This document shows, one piece after another, positions 1-7,187 of a DNA stretch of 64,000 nt (positions within the stretch are counted from its first letter, which is position 1; each line of letters begins with the position of its first letter). A program made the translations under genes and the position numbers. Below the pieces are notes generated by a model that worked only from the letters and a program-made list of their open reading frames with translations, had not been told where the DNA came from and made no database searches. This DNA comes from Thermoanaerobaculia bacterium (lineage in GTDB: Bacteria; Acidobacteriota; Thermoanaerobaculia; UBA5066): assembly GCA_038245905.1 (NCBI GenBank), contig JBBRRY010000015.1, positions 19,361 to 83,360 of the forward strand, given 5' to 3'.

Positions 1-162
1 TTCGTCATCGCCGAGGCGCGCGTCGAGAACGCGGACGCGCTGCTCCGGCCCGGAATGCTCGGGAAAGCCAAAGTTTCGACGGGACGCCAGCGGCTTCTCC
101 GCGCCCTCCTCCGCAAGCCGGCGCGCTGGTTCTGGGTACGGCTCTGGCCTCTCCTGCCGTGA
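1..162 (+). CDS. C-terminal end (partial) of a HlyD/RND periplasmic adaptor protein
   Basis: Frame 1 reads FVIAEARVENADALLRPGMLGKAKVSTGRQRLLRALLRKPARWFWVRLWPLLP*. LRPGMxGxAK is the typical adaptor C-terminus. The stop overlaps the next start (GTGA). Confidence 0.8.
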   Translation, partial: FVIAEARVENADALLRPGMLGKAKVSTGRQRLLRALLRKPARWFWVRLWPLLP

Positions 163-2354
163 GCGCAGCTGCGCCGGACCCGGTCTCGCGGTACGTTGCG
201 GCCGCCCGCGGCGGACGCGGCGCGGCGGCTCTCGCCGCGCGCCACACCCCTCGGCAGGACCACCCCGCCCTTCGGGCGGACCTCGTCATCCGCCGCCAGG
301 TGCGAATCGGCGAGGTCACCTGGGTCGTCAAGCAACCGGAGGCGAACAAGTTCTACAACTTCGAGGACGCCGACTGGACCCTCATCGAGCTTTTCGACGG
401 AACGCGGAGTCTCACTGAAATCCGCGAGGAGTACTGCCGGCGGGTCCCGGGAGGCGAGATCGCCTTCACCCTCATCCTCGACTACCAGGAGATGCTGCAA
501 AGGATCGAGTTCCTGGAGCAGTCGGCGGCCGAGAAGAACCTCCAGCTCCTGTCGAAGTTCAAGACCCTGAGGCAGAAAGCGGCGGAGGAGCGCGCGGAGG
601 GTTTCAACATCCTCTTCATGCTCTTCAAGGTCTTCGACCCCGACCGGATCCTCAATCGGACGATCCGGTACGTCCGCTGGCTCTGGAGTCCCCCCGTCGT
701 CGCGGTCGCCTGTGTCGCGTTCCTCTTCACGATCGGTGTCTTCGCGGCGCGCTTCGACACGATCTGGGCCCAGACGATCGAGCTCTACTCGTTCCTGAGA
801 AAGCCGTTCTGGGACTTCGTCCAATTCTGGGTCATCCTGACCACGATCGGCTGCATCCACGAGTTCGGTCATGGCTATGCCACGAAGATGTACGGGGGCG
901 AGGTCCATGACATGGGGATCGCCCTCCTCTACTTCATGCCTGCCTTTTACTGCGACACGACGGACTCGCTCCTCTTCCCGAGCAAGTGGCAGAAGCTGAC
1001 GGTCACGGTGGCGGGGATCTACATCGAGGCGATCCTCTGCACGATCGCGACGGCGCTCTGGGTGGCGAGCTACCCCGACACGCTTCTCCACGAGCTGGCC
1101 TACAAGACGATGCTCTTCACCGGGGTCTCGACGATCTTCTTCAACATCAACCCCCTCGTGAAGATCGACGGCTACTACGCGCTTTGCAGCCTCACCGAGA
1201 TCCCGGAGCTGCGCGAGGAGTCTTTCCGCTGGATGGGCGCGATCTTCCAGCGCCACATCCTCCGCCTGAACGTCGAGGTGCCGGTCGTGTCGCGGCGGAA
1301 GAGGCGGATCTTCCTGATCTACGGTCCGCTCGCGCTGGGCTACATCGGTTTCATCATGGCGTTCATCACGAAGCTCCTCGACAACTTCTACTCGAAGGTC
1401 GTCCCGGAGCTGGCCGTCGTCCTCCTCCTCGTCACGCTCTACTTCTTCTTCCGGAAGAGGGTCCGCCTCGTCCTCCGGATCTCCCGCCTCTTCTATCTCG
1501 ACAAGAAGGAGCTCGTCATGTCGCCGCGCGCCCGTCTCCCTCTCCTTGCTGCCGCCGCCGGCCTCGTCCTCTTTCTCGCCGTCCCCTGGGGCCGGCGGAC
1601 GATCAGGATGGACGCCGTCCTCGAGCCCGCCGCGTCGGTGAAGGTCGAGGCCCCGGAGGACGGAGTCGTGCGGGAGGTCTTCGCGCGCGAAGGGGACATC
1701 CTGCGGGCGGGCCAACCGCTTTTCCGGATCGAGAGCCCCGGCGTCGTGGCCGATTCCGCGTCCCTCTCGGCCCGCCGCGCGGGGGCTGCCGACGAGATGG
1801 GAAGGAGCTTCCGGTCCGGAGACGCCGGGGAGGTCTATCGGGCCGAGCGGAAGGAGGGGGCGGCCGCAGCCGGTCTTGCCCTCGACACGGCGCGCACGGC
1901 GCGACTCTCCGTGCTCAGCCCGATGGACGGGCGTCTCCTTTCGGAAGGCGCGGAAAACCTCGTCGGCAGGTGGGTTACGGCAGGAACCGTTCTCGGAACA
2001 GTTGGCGCCACGCGGCAGCTCACGGCAGTATTCCCGGTCTCGGAGCGCCTTCTGACAGACCTTGTGGTCGGAGCGCCGGTTTCGGTGCAGCTTCGCGCGC
2101 GCCCGTTCCACATCCTCCACGGCACGATTGTTTCCATAGCTCCCGCGTCTCAGGCCGCTTCGTCCGACACCCCCCCGGCACTCCGCCCGTCCGAAACGCC
2201 CGGCCGCATCGTGGCTGTGGCGCGTTTCGAAAATCCCGACGGCAGCCTGAAGCCGAGGCTCGAAGGGAGGGCGAAGATCAGGGGGCCTCGGAGCTCGCTC
2301 CTCGGAGAGGGCTTCCGGATCCTCTCCCGTTGGCTCCGCGCGATCGCCTGGTGA
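159..2354 (+). CDS. PqqD/RRE-like domain + M50 (site-2) zinc metalloprotease + HlyD adaptor fusion
   Basis: HEFGH (HExxH) and NINPLVKIDGY (NPxxxxDG) M50 motifs among TM helices; N-terminal ~90-aa segment 'TWVVKQPEANKFYNF...LFDGTRSLTEI' resembles PqqD/RRE; C-terminal APEDGVV...SPMDG lipoyl/hairpin and LKPRLEGRAKI adaptor end. Confidence 0.85.
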   Translation: MSAAAPDPVSRYVAAARGGRGAAALAARHTPRQDHPALRADLVIRRQVRIGEVTWVVKQPEANKFYNFEDADWTLIELFDGTRSLTEIREEYCRRVPGGEIAFTLILDYQEMLQRIEFLEQSAAEKNLQLLSKFKTLRQKAAEERAEGFNILFMLFKVFDPDRILNRTIRYVRWLWSPPVVAVACVAFLFTIGVFAARFDTIWAQTIELYSFLRKPFWDFVQFWVILTTIGCIHEFGHGYATKMYGGEVHDMGIALLYFMPAFYCDTTDSLLFPSKWQKLTVTVAGIYIEAILCTIATALWVASYPDTLLHELAYKTMLFTGVSTIFFNINPLVKIDGYYALCSLTEIPELREESFRWMGAIFQRHILRLNVEVPVVSRRKRRIFLIYGPLALGYIGFIMAFITKLLDNFYSKVVPELAVVLLLVTLYFFFRKRVRLVLRISRLFYLDKKELVMSPRARLPLLAAAAGLVLFLAVPWGRRTIRMDAVLEPAASVKVEAPEDGVVREVFAREGDILRAGQPLFRIESPGVVADSASLSARRAGAADEMGRSFRSGDAGEVYRAERKEGAAAAGLALDTARTARLSVLSPMDGRLLSEGAENLVGRWVTAGTVLGTVGATRQLTAVFPVSERLLTDLVVGAPVSVQLRARPFHILHGTIVSIAPASQAASSDTPPALRPSETPGRIVAVARFENPDGSLKPRLEGRAKIRGPRSSLLGEGFRILSRWLRAIAW

Positions 2355-2364
2355 CCGTAAACAC

Positions 2365-2392
2365 GAGCGCCCCGGCCGGAGCCGGGGCGCTC
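2365..2392. terminator. Hairpin between convergent genes (likely intrinsic/bidirectional terminator)
   Basis: GAGCGCCCCGGC-cgga-GCCGGGGCGCTC, a perfect 12-bp stem; followed by GTGTTT on the minus strand. Confidence 0.65.
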
Positions 2393-2414
2393 ATGGACGC
2401 GGGGAGATGCGCCG

Positions 2415-2819
2415 TCAGTCGGCGTTGTCCGTCGCCCGCGCGTTCAGGATTTTGGGGGCCGCCTGCGTGCGGGCCGCGGTAACGCGGGGGGCCGCCTGCG
2501 CGCGGGCCGCGGTAACGCGGGGGGCCGCCTGGGCGCGGGCTGCGGTGACGCGAGGAGCCGCCTGCGCGCGGGCTGCGGTGACGCGAGGAGCCGCCTGCGC
2601 GCGAGCCGCGGTGACGCGAGCGGCTGCCTGCGCGCGCGCCATGTTGACGCGGGGGGCCGCCTGCACACGGGCGCTCGTGACCTTGGCCGAAGTCGTCGGC
2701 GTCATGGCGGGGTTGTTGCCGAGATTGCTGACGCGGATCTCACCGACGGCCTGACCGGTCGCCTGCTTGATCTTCGCCTTCTGCTCGTCGGTCAGCTTGA
2801 TCCGTACTTCGTTTGCCAT
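2415..2819 (-). CDS. 134-aa Ala/Arg-rich tandem-repeat protein; candidate multi-core peptide precursor or export substrate
   Basis: ATG at 2819 with AGGAGG RBS; 44-aa unique N-terminus (MANEVRIKLTDEQKAKIKQATG...) followed by 7 full plus 1 degenerate 11-aa repeats (PRVTAARAQAA). Confidence 0.8.
   Translation of the reverse strand: MANEVRIKLTDEQKAKIKQATGQAVGEIRVSNLGNNPAMTPTTSAKVTSARVQAAPRVNMARAQAAARVTAARAQAAPRVTAARAQAAPRVTAARAQAAPRVTAARAQAAPRVTAARTQAAPKILNARATDNAD
2424..2687 (-). repeat. 33-bp coding tandem repeat, 7 copies plus 1 degenerate
   Basis: Unit approx. gcctgcgcgcgggccgcggtaacgcggggggcc on the + strand; no spacers; most variation among the central copies is synonymous. Confidence 0.95.
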
Positions 2820-2882
2820 GGTGGCCTCCTCTTTCTTTCGTTCTTCCGTTCTCGTTGTCCCTGGCTTGGGGCGCAATCTCAA

Positions 2883-2900
2883 TTGCAAAGAGGGGGCCAG
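2883..2900 (-). promoter_or_regulatory. Sigma-54 (-24/-12) promoter for the repeat protein
   Basis: Minus strand CTGGCCCCCTCTTTGCAA has exact GG-N10-GC spacing with TTGCA, ~65 bp upstream of the ATG and next to a GAFTGA activator gene. Confidence 0.8.
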
Positions 2901-2921
2901 ACCAGTCCGGCCGCCAGAGAC

Positions 2922-2937
2922 CCGTAAGTGGTTGAGG
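2922..2937 (-). promoter_or_regulatory. Candidate IHF site
   Basis: Minus strand TCAACCACTTA matches the TCAA-N4-TTR core of the IHF consensus and lies between the promoter and the putative enhancer. Confidence 0.45.
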
Positions 2938-2973
2938 AAACGTCGAGACCGCCTCGTCGCGGTTACGCCGGCT

Positions 2974-3009
2974 CGATGACTCTTTCAACCTCGGTTGACG
3001 GATTCATCG
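2974..3009. promoter_or_regulatory. Candidate enhancer (UAS): two palindromic sites for the NtrC-family regulator
   Basis: GATGA-ctctt-TCAAC and GTTGA-cggat-TCATC together form an imperfect inverted repeat ~75-110 bp upstream of the -24 box. Confidence 0.55.
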
Positions 3010-3015
3010 GTCCGC

Positions 3016-4413
3016 TCAGAGGCGGTACTTCCGGCAGAGGTACTTCATCTGGTTTGCGTCGAGGCCGAGTGCTTCGGCGGCCCGCACCTTCACGCCTCCG
3101 GCGCGGGAAATGGCCTGGCTCACGAGCTCCCGTTCGAACCTTCCGACCGACTCGGCAAGGGAGAGGTCGGCAGAGTGCGTCGCGGCGGGTTGGGCCGGCT
3201 CCCGGGAGCCGCCGGCCCGGCCCAACGTCCCCGGCAGATGCTCCTCCCCGATCGTGTCGCCGTCCACCATGAGCGTCAGCATCTCGACGAGGTGTTCCAG
3301 CTCGCGCACGTTTCCGCGGAAGATGTGTCGCCCGAGCACCTCGAAGGCTTCGGACGAGAAGGCCTTCGGGCGGCGGCCATGGCGCTCTGCGGCCCGCGCC
3401 GTGAAGAATTCCACGAGCAAGGGGATGTCCTCGCGCCGCTCTCTCAGCGGCGGAATCCTCAGGATGACGGTGTTCAGGCGATAGAAGAGGTCATTGCGGA
3501 ACGTTCCCGCCGCCACCTGACGCTCCAGGTCTTCGTTCGTGGCCGCGACGAGCCGGATGTCGACGTGGATCGTCTTCGTCCCGCCGACCCGCTCGAAGTC
3601 GCGCTGCTCGAGGACGCGCAACAACTTGGCCTGTACGGCCGGGGATAGTGTCGCGACTTCGTCCAGGAAGAGCGTCCCGCCGTGAGCCATCTCGAAACGC
3701 CCGGGCCGGGAGGCCACGGCCCCGGTGAAGGCACCCCGCTCATGGCCGAAGAGCTCGGACTCGGCTAGCGTCTCCGTGAGCGCCGAGCTGTTCACGGCTA
3801 CGAACGGCCCGTCCCGGCGAGTGCTCCCCCGGTGGATCGCTTCGGCCACGAGCTCTTTCCCCGTTCCGCTTTCACCGGTCACGAGGACGGTCGCGTCGGT
3901 GGGGGCCACCTTCTCGATGGCGGCGAAGAGCCCGCGCATGCTTGGGCTCTCGCCCACCAGCCCGCCGTACGACCCACGCTTGAAGATCTCCTCCTTCAGC
4001 GCCCGGTTTTCAGCCAGGATGCGGTGTCGCTCCAAGGCTCGCCCGAGAACGAGGAGCAGCTCCGACTTCTCGAAGGGCTTCCGGAAGAAATCGAATGCAC
4101 CCAGCTCGACGGCTTTCAGCGCCCAGCGGCGCTCCGCCTCCGCCGTCATGACCACGACCGTGGCGGCCGGCTGGCGCTGCCGAATGGCCCGCAGCAGACG
4201 GAGCCCCTCTTCCGCCTCGCCCGACGGCGGGAGCCGGAGGTCGACGAGGTAGACGTCGGGCTCGAGCTCGGCCAGCTTGAGCCCCGCGGCGGCGTCCCCT
4301 GCACTGTGGACTTCGAACCTGTCCTTCAGAGCCCAGAGGAGCTGGTCGCGCAGGAGCGGATCGTCTTCCACGACGGCGAGGCGCCCCTCCACCGTCTTTT
4401 GGACCACGCCCAC
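3016..4413 (-). CDS. Sigma-54-dependent response regulator (REC-AAA+-HTH), PrsR/NtrC-like
   Basis: VVEDD and DLRLP receiver motifs, GESGTGKE Walker A, GAFTGA loop, LFLDEV Walker B, Fis-type HTH. Confidence 0.95.
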   Translation of the reverse strand: MGVVQKTVEGRLAVVEDDPLLRDQLLWALKDRFEVHSAGDAAAGLKLAELEPDVYLVDLRLPPSGEAEEGLRLLRAIRQRQPAATVVVMTAEAERRWALKAVELGAFDFFRKPFEKSELLLVLGRALERHRILAENRALKEEIFKRGSYGGLVGESPSMRGLFAAIEKVAPTDATVLVTGESGTGKELVAEAIHRGSTRRDGPFVAVNSSALTETLAESELFGHERGAFTGAVASRPGRFEMAHGGTLFLDEVATLSPAVQAKLLRVLEQRDFERVGGTKTIHVDIRLVAATNEDLERQVAAGTFRNDLFYRLNTVILRIPPLRERREDIPLLVEFFTARAAERHGRRPKAFSSEAFEVLGRHIFRGNVRELEHLVEMLTLMVDGDTIGEEHLPGTLGRAGGSREPAQPAATHSADLSLAESVGRFERELVSQAISRAGGVKVRAAEALGLDANQMKYLCRKYRL

Positions 4414-4415
4414 GC

Positions 4416-5117
4416 CTACACCTGCCGGCCAGGCGCGGCCGGAAGCGGCAGGAAGAGACGGACGCTGGTGCCCTCGCCCTCCGCACTTCTAACCTCGACG
4501 TCGCCCCGGTGGTGGCGCAGGATGCGGCGCGCCGTGTAGAGACCGAGTCCCACGCCTCCGGGCTTCGTCGTCTGGAACGGCCGGAACAGGCGCCGCCGCA
4601 CGAACTCTCCCGACATCCCGGGCCCGTCGTCCTCGACGTCGACCACGGCGAAGTCTCGCGCCCCTCGCCGCTCGAGGCTCGTGCGTACCGTCACGCAGCT
4701 CTTCGCGGCCTCCTGCGCGTTCTGAATCACGCCCTGGATCGCCTCTTGCAAGTAGTAAGGGTCGCCCCAGAGCCCGGGGACCTCGGCGAAGGTCGCGTTC
4801 ATCCGCGGTGTCGACGCCCGCCCCCGGGGGTGGCACGTGTGCAGGGCCTCCCGGATCAGGTCGTTCAGATCGAGCGGCACCTTGATGAGGACCGAGTCGC
4901 GATGAGCCGACCAGCTTCTCGCGATCCCGTCGAGCTTCTGGACGGTGGATTGCAGGAGGTCCGTGGCGCTGCGTTTGAAATCCGGATCGCCGTAGTGCTC
5001 CTCCATGTTCGACAGGAGAAGGCTGAGGCGGAGCTCGAGGTTCCGGATGTCGTGGATGAGGACGGAGTCCTTCGTGGCGCGGATGCGTCGACGCGGGGCA
5101 GCCGTGCGTGTCGCCAT
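4416..5117 (-). CDS. Histidine kinase lacking a sensor domain, PrsK-like catalytic core
   Basis: H-box LIHDIRNL..LSLLLSN.E.H.GDPDF resembles PrsK; N box QNAQEA, G1 DDGPGM, F/G2 LFRPFQTTKPGGVGLGL; no TM or input domain. Alternative GTG start at 5141. Confidence 0.88.
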   Translation of the reverse strand: MATRTAAPRRRIRATKDSVLIHDIRNLELRLSLLLSNMEEHYGDPDFKRSATDLLQSTVQKLDGIARSWSAHRDSVLIKVPLDLNDLIREALHTCHPRGRASTPRMNATFAEVPGLWGDPYYLQEAIQGVIQNAQEAAKSCVTVRTSLERRGARDFAVVDVEDDGPGMSGEFVRRRLFRPFQTTKPGGVGLGLYTARRILRHHRGDVEVRSAEGEGTSVRLFLPLPAAPGRQV

Positions 5118-5121
5118 GGTT

Positions 5122-5904
5122 TCAGGGCCGGGAAGGCGCACGGAACGTGAGCCGGACCGCCATCCCCGGCCGCAGTATTTTTTTCGGATCGTGCTTCACC
5201 CGCACGATCACCTGCACCGTCCCGCTGCCCGGATCGATGACGGGGCTGATGAACGAGACGCGCCCGCTCGAGCGTGCGTCCGGGAAATCCGGAGCCTCCA
5301 CGGTCACTTCGTCACCGGTCTTCACGGTCTGAAGGCCGGAGGCCGGCAGATAGGCGCGCGCCAGAAGCGGCTGGAGCGCCATCACCTTGAAGAGCGGTTT
5401 GCTCTCTTCGAGCGTGAACTTTTCCCCCACGCGCGCGTAACGGTCCGCCACGATCCCGTCGAAGGGAGCGCGCACCACGGACCGGTCGATCACGAGTTTC
5501 GCCCTCTCCAGCTCCACGAGGGCCAGCTCGTGTCGCGATCTTCTCTGCTCGAACTCGGCCTCGCTCGTCAGATTCTGGCGGCGCAGCTCCTCGTACCTTT
5601 TCAGGTCCGCGAGACTCACGGCGAGCGTCTCCTCCGCGGCTCTCAGATCCAGGCGGAACTCGCGCTGGTCCAGCGTGGCGAGCGGCTGCGACTTCCGCAC
5701 GAGCTCGCCCCGCTCGACCTGGATCGAGTCGATCACGCCGCTGACCCGAGTCGTCACCGTGACTTCCTGCTCGACCATCAGGTTCGAGGCGACGGTGAGC
5801 GGCGCAGGAAGCGCCGGCGCCGGCAGAGCGGCGCTGGCCCTCGCGAGCGCAAGGAGGGAGACGGCGATGAACGCCCGACCGGTAAGCCGGATTGAGTCGC
5901 GCGT
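5122..5904 (-). CDS. Efflux RND/HlyD periplasmic adaptor subunit with signal peptide
   Basis: SGVIDSIQVERGELVRKSQPLATLD, VRAPFDGIV, ISPVIDPGSGT and LRPGM motifs. Start placed at ACG 5904, 8 nt after GGAGG (see findings). Confidence 0.85.
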   Translation of the reverse strand, partial: TRDSIRLTGRAFIAVSLLALARASAALPAPALPAPLTVASNLMVEQEVTVTTRVSGVIDSIQVERGELVRKSQPLATLDQREFRLDLRAAEETLAVSLADLKRYEELRRQNLTSEAEFEQRRSRHELALVELERAKLVIDRSVVRAPFDGIVADRYARVGEKFTLEESKPLFKVMALQPLLARAYLPASGLQTVKTGDEVTVEAPDFPDARSSGRVSFISPVIDPGSGTVQVIVRVKHDPKKILRPGMAVRLTFRAPSRP

Positions 5905-5945
5905 GACTTTTTCCTCCAGGGTGTCTGGAACGGAATGATACCGAA

Positions 5946-7172
5946 TCAGGCGGGCGTGAGCGCGCGCACGAGGCGCTTGAGGGCCTCGTAGAAAACACCA
6001 GGCGGCGGCAGGAGGCTGACGACGACGAACGCCTCGAAAGGGAACTCGTAGAAATAGCCGGGCTGGACGAGCAGATCGTGTGATTCGAGGAGATCGAGGA
6101 CGAGCTCCTCCTCGGGGCGGACAGCCGGCACGCGGAGGCACGCGGCCCAGCCGGCCCGGACGGGTAGGACCGTAACACCGCCACCCGCGGGGAAGGCAGC
6201 CTTGAGCGCGCGCTCGTTGCGAAGCACGCGCGCCCAGATCGCTTCCGCCGTCCCGCGCCCGTACTCCAGAAGCCTGGGGAGCGCGAGCTGCACGGGCGTC
6301 GAGACGGAGAGATACGAATCCGCAACCCACTCGAGGCGCTCGATCGCCTGCTCGAGGAGCCCGGCGGGTCCATTCGCGAGTATCCATCCGAGCTTCATCT
6401 GCGGGAGGCCGGCCGACTTGGAGAGCCCGCCCAGCGAGAAAACGAGCGCTTCGGGCGCGTTCGCGGCTGCGGCCACGCGCACGTCGCCGGGCCGGTCCGA
6501 GTAGCGATAGTCGACGAACACCTCGTCGGAGACGACGGCGAACCGGCGCTCCTTCGCCAGCGTCATGAGATCCGACAGCTCCGCGCCAGAGAGGGAGGTG
6601 CCCGTCGGGTTGTTCGGATTGACGACGACCACGGCCGCGACGCGACGTCCTTCCACCTCGACGCGCCGCACTTCCGCCTCCACGGCCGCCGCGTGGAACG
6701 CGAAGCCGTCATCGCTCGCGAGCGCGTAGCGGCGCAGCGACAGGCACTCGAGCTCCGCGAGGGTGTCGAGAAGCGGGTAGGACGGCGCCGGCACGAGGAC
6801 GACGTCGCCGGGATCGCCCACCAGCTTGAAAAGCCAGCCGTAGGCTTCGCTCGACGAGGCCGTCAGGACGATCTGGTGCGGGGGCGCGAGAACGCCGTGC
6901 AACGCCGCGTAGTAGTTGCTCACGGACGTGCGCGCCGCGAGCAGTCCCCTCGGATCGGGTGCATACGAGAGGCCGCGGGGATCGGAGAGAGCCGCGAGAA
7001 TGCGCGCGTCCGGCGCCGACGCAGCGTTGTCGAAGAGGTCGGCTTCGCCCGAACGCAGAGAGACGGCGGTCGGATTCGACACGGCGAGATCGAGGAACGG
7101 GCGCGTTCGCGCCGCGACCGCGCGCGTCAGGCGGTTCACGTCGCGGGGGGCGGGGATCCGCTGCGAGAACAT
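5946..7172 (-). CDS. PLP-dependent aminotransferase class I/II
   Basis: NPNNPTG, SDEVF and GLSKS(K-PLP)...KLGW motifs. Confidence 0.92.
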   Translation of the reverse strand: MFSQRIPAPRDVNRLTRAVAARTRPFLDLAVSNPTAVSLRSGEADLFDNAASAPDARILAALSDPRGLSYAPDPRGLLAARTSVSNYYAALHGVLAPPHQIVLTASSSEAYGWLFKLVGDPGDVVLVPAPSYPLLDTLAELECLSLRRYALASDDGFAFHAAAVEAEVRRVEVEGRRVAAVVVVNPNNPTGTSLSGAELSDLMTLAKERRFAVVSDEVFVDYRYSDRPGDVRVAAAANAPEALVFSLGGLSKSAGLPQMKLGWILANGPAGLLEQAIERLEWVADSYLSVSTPVQLALPRLLEYGRGTAEAIWARVLRNERALKAAFPAGGGVTVLPVRAGWAACLRVPAVRPEEELVLDLLESHDLLVQPGYFYEFPFEAFVVVSLLPPPGVFYEALKRLVRALTPA

Positions 7173-7187
7173 GCGCGGCGCGTTTTC

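Noticed and set aside
2424-2687. 33-bp repeats as a CRISPR array
   Set aside because: Units are contiguous with no unique spacers, keep the reading frame, and no cas genes are present.
2407-2754. Plus-strand Cys-containing repeat ORF (ACARAAVTRGA)n
   Set aside because: Antisense shadow of the minus-strand gene, which has the RBS, sigma-54 promoter and terminator.
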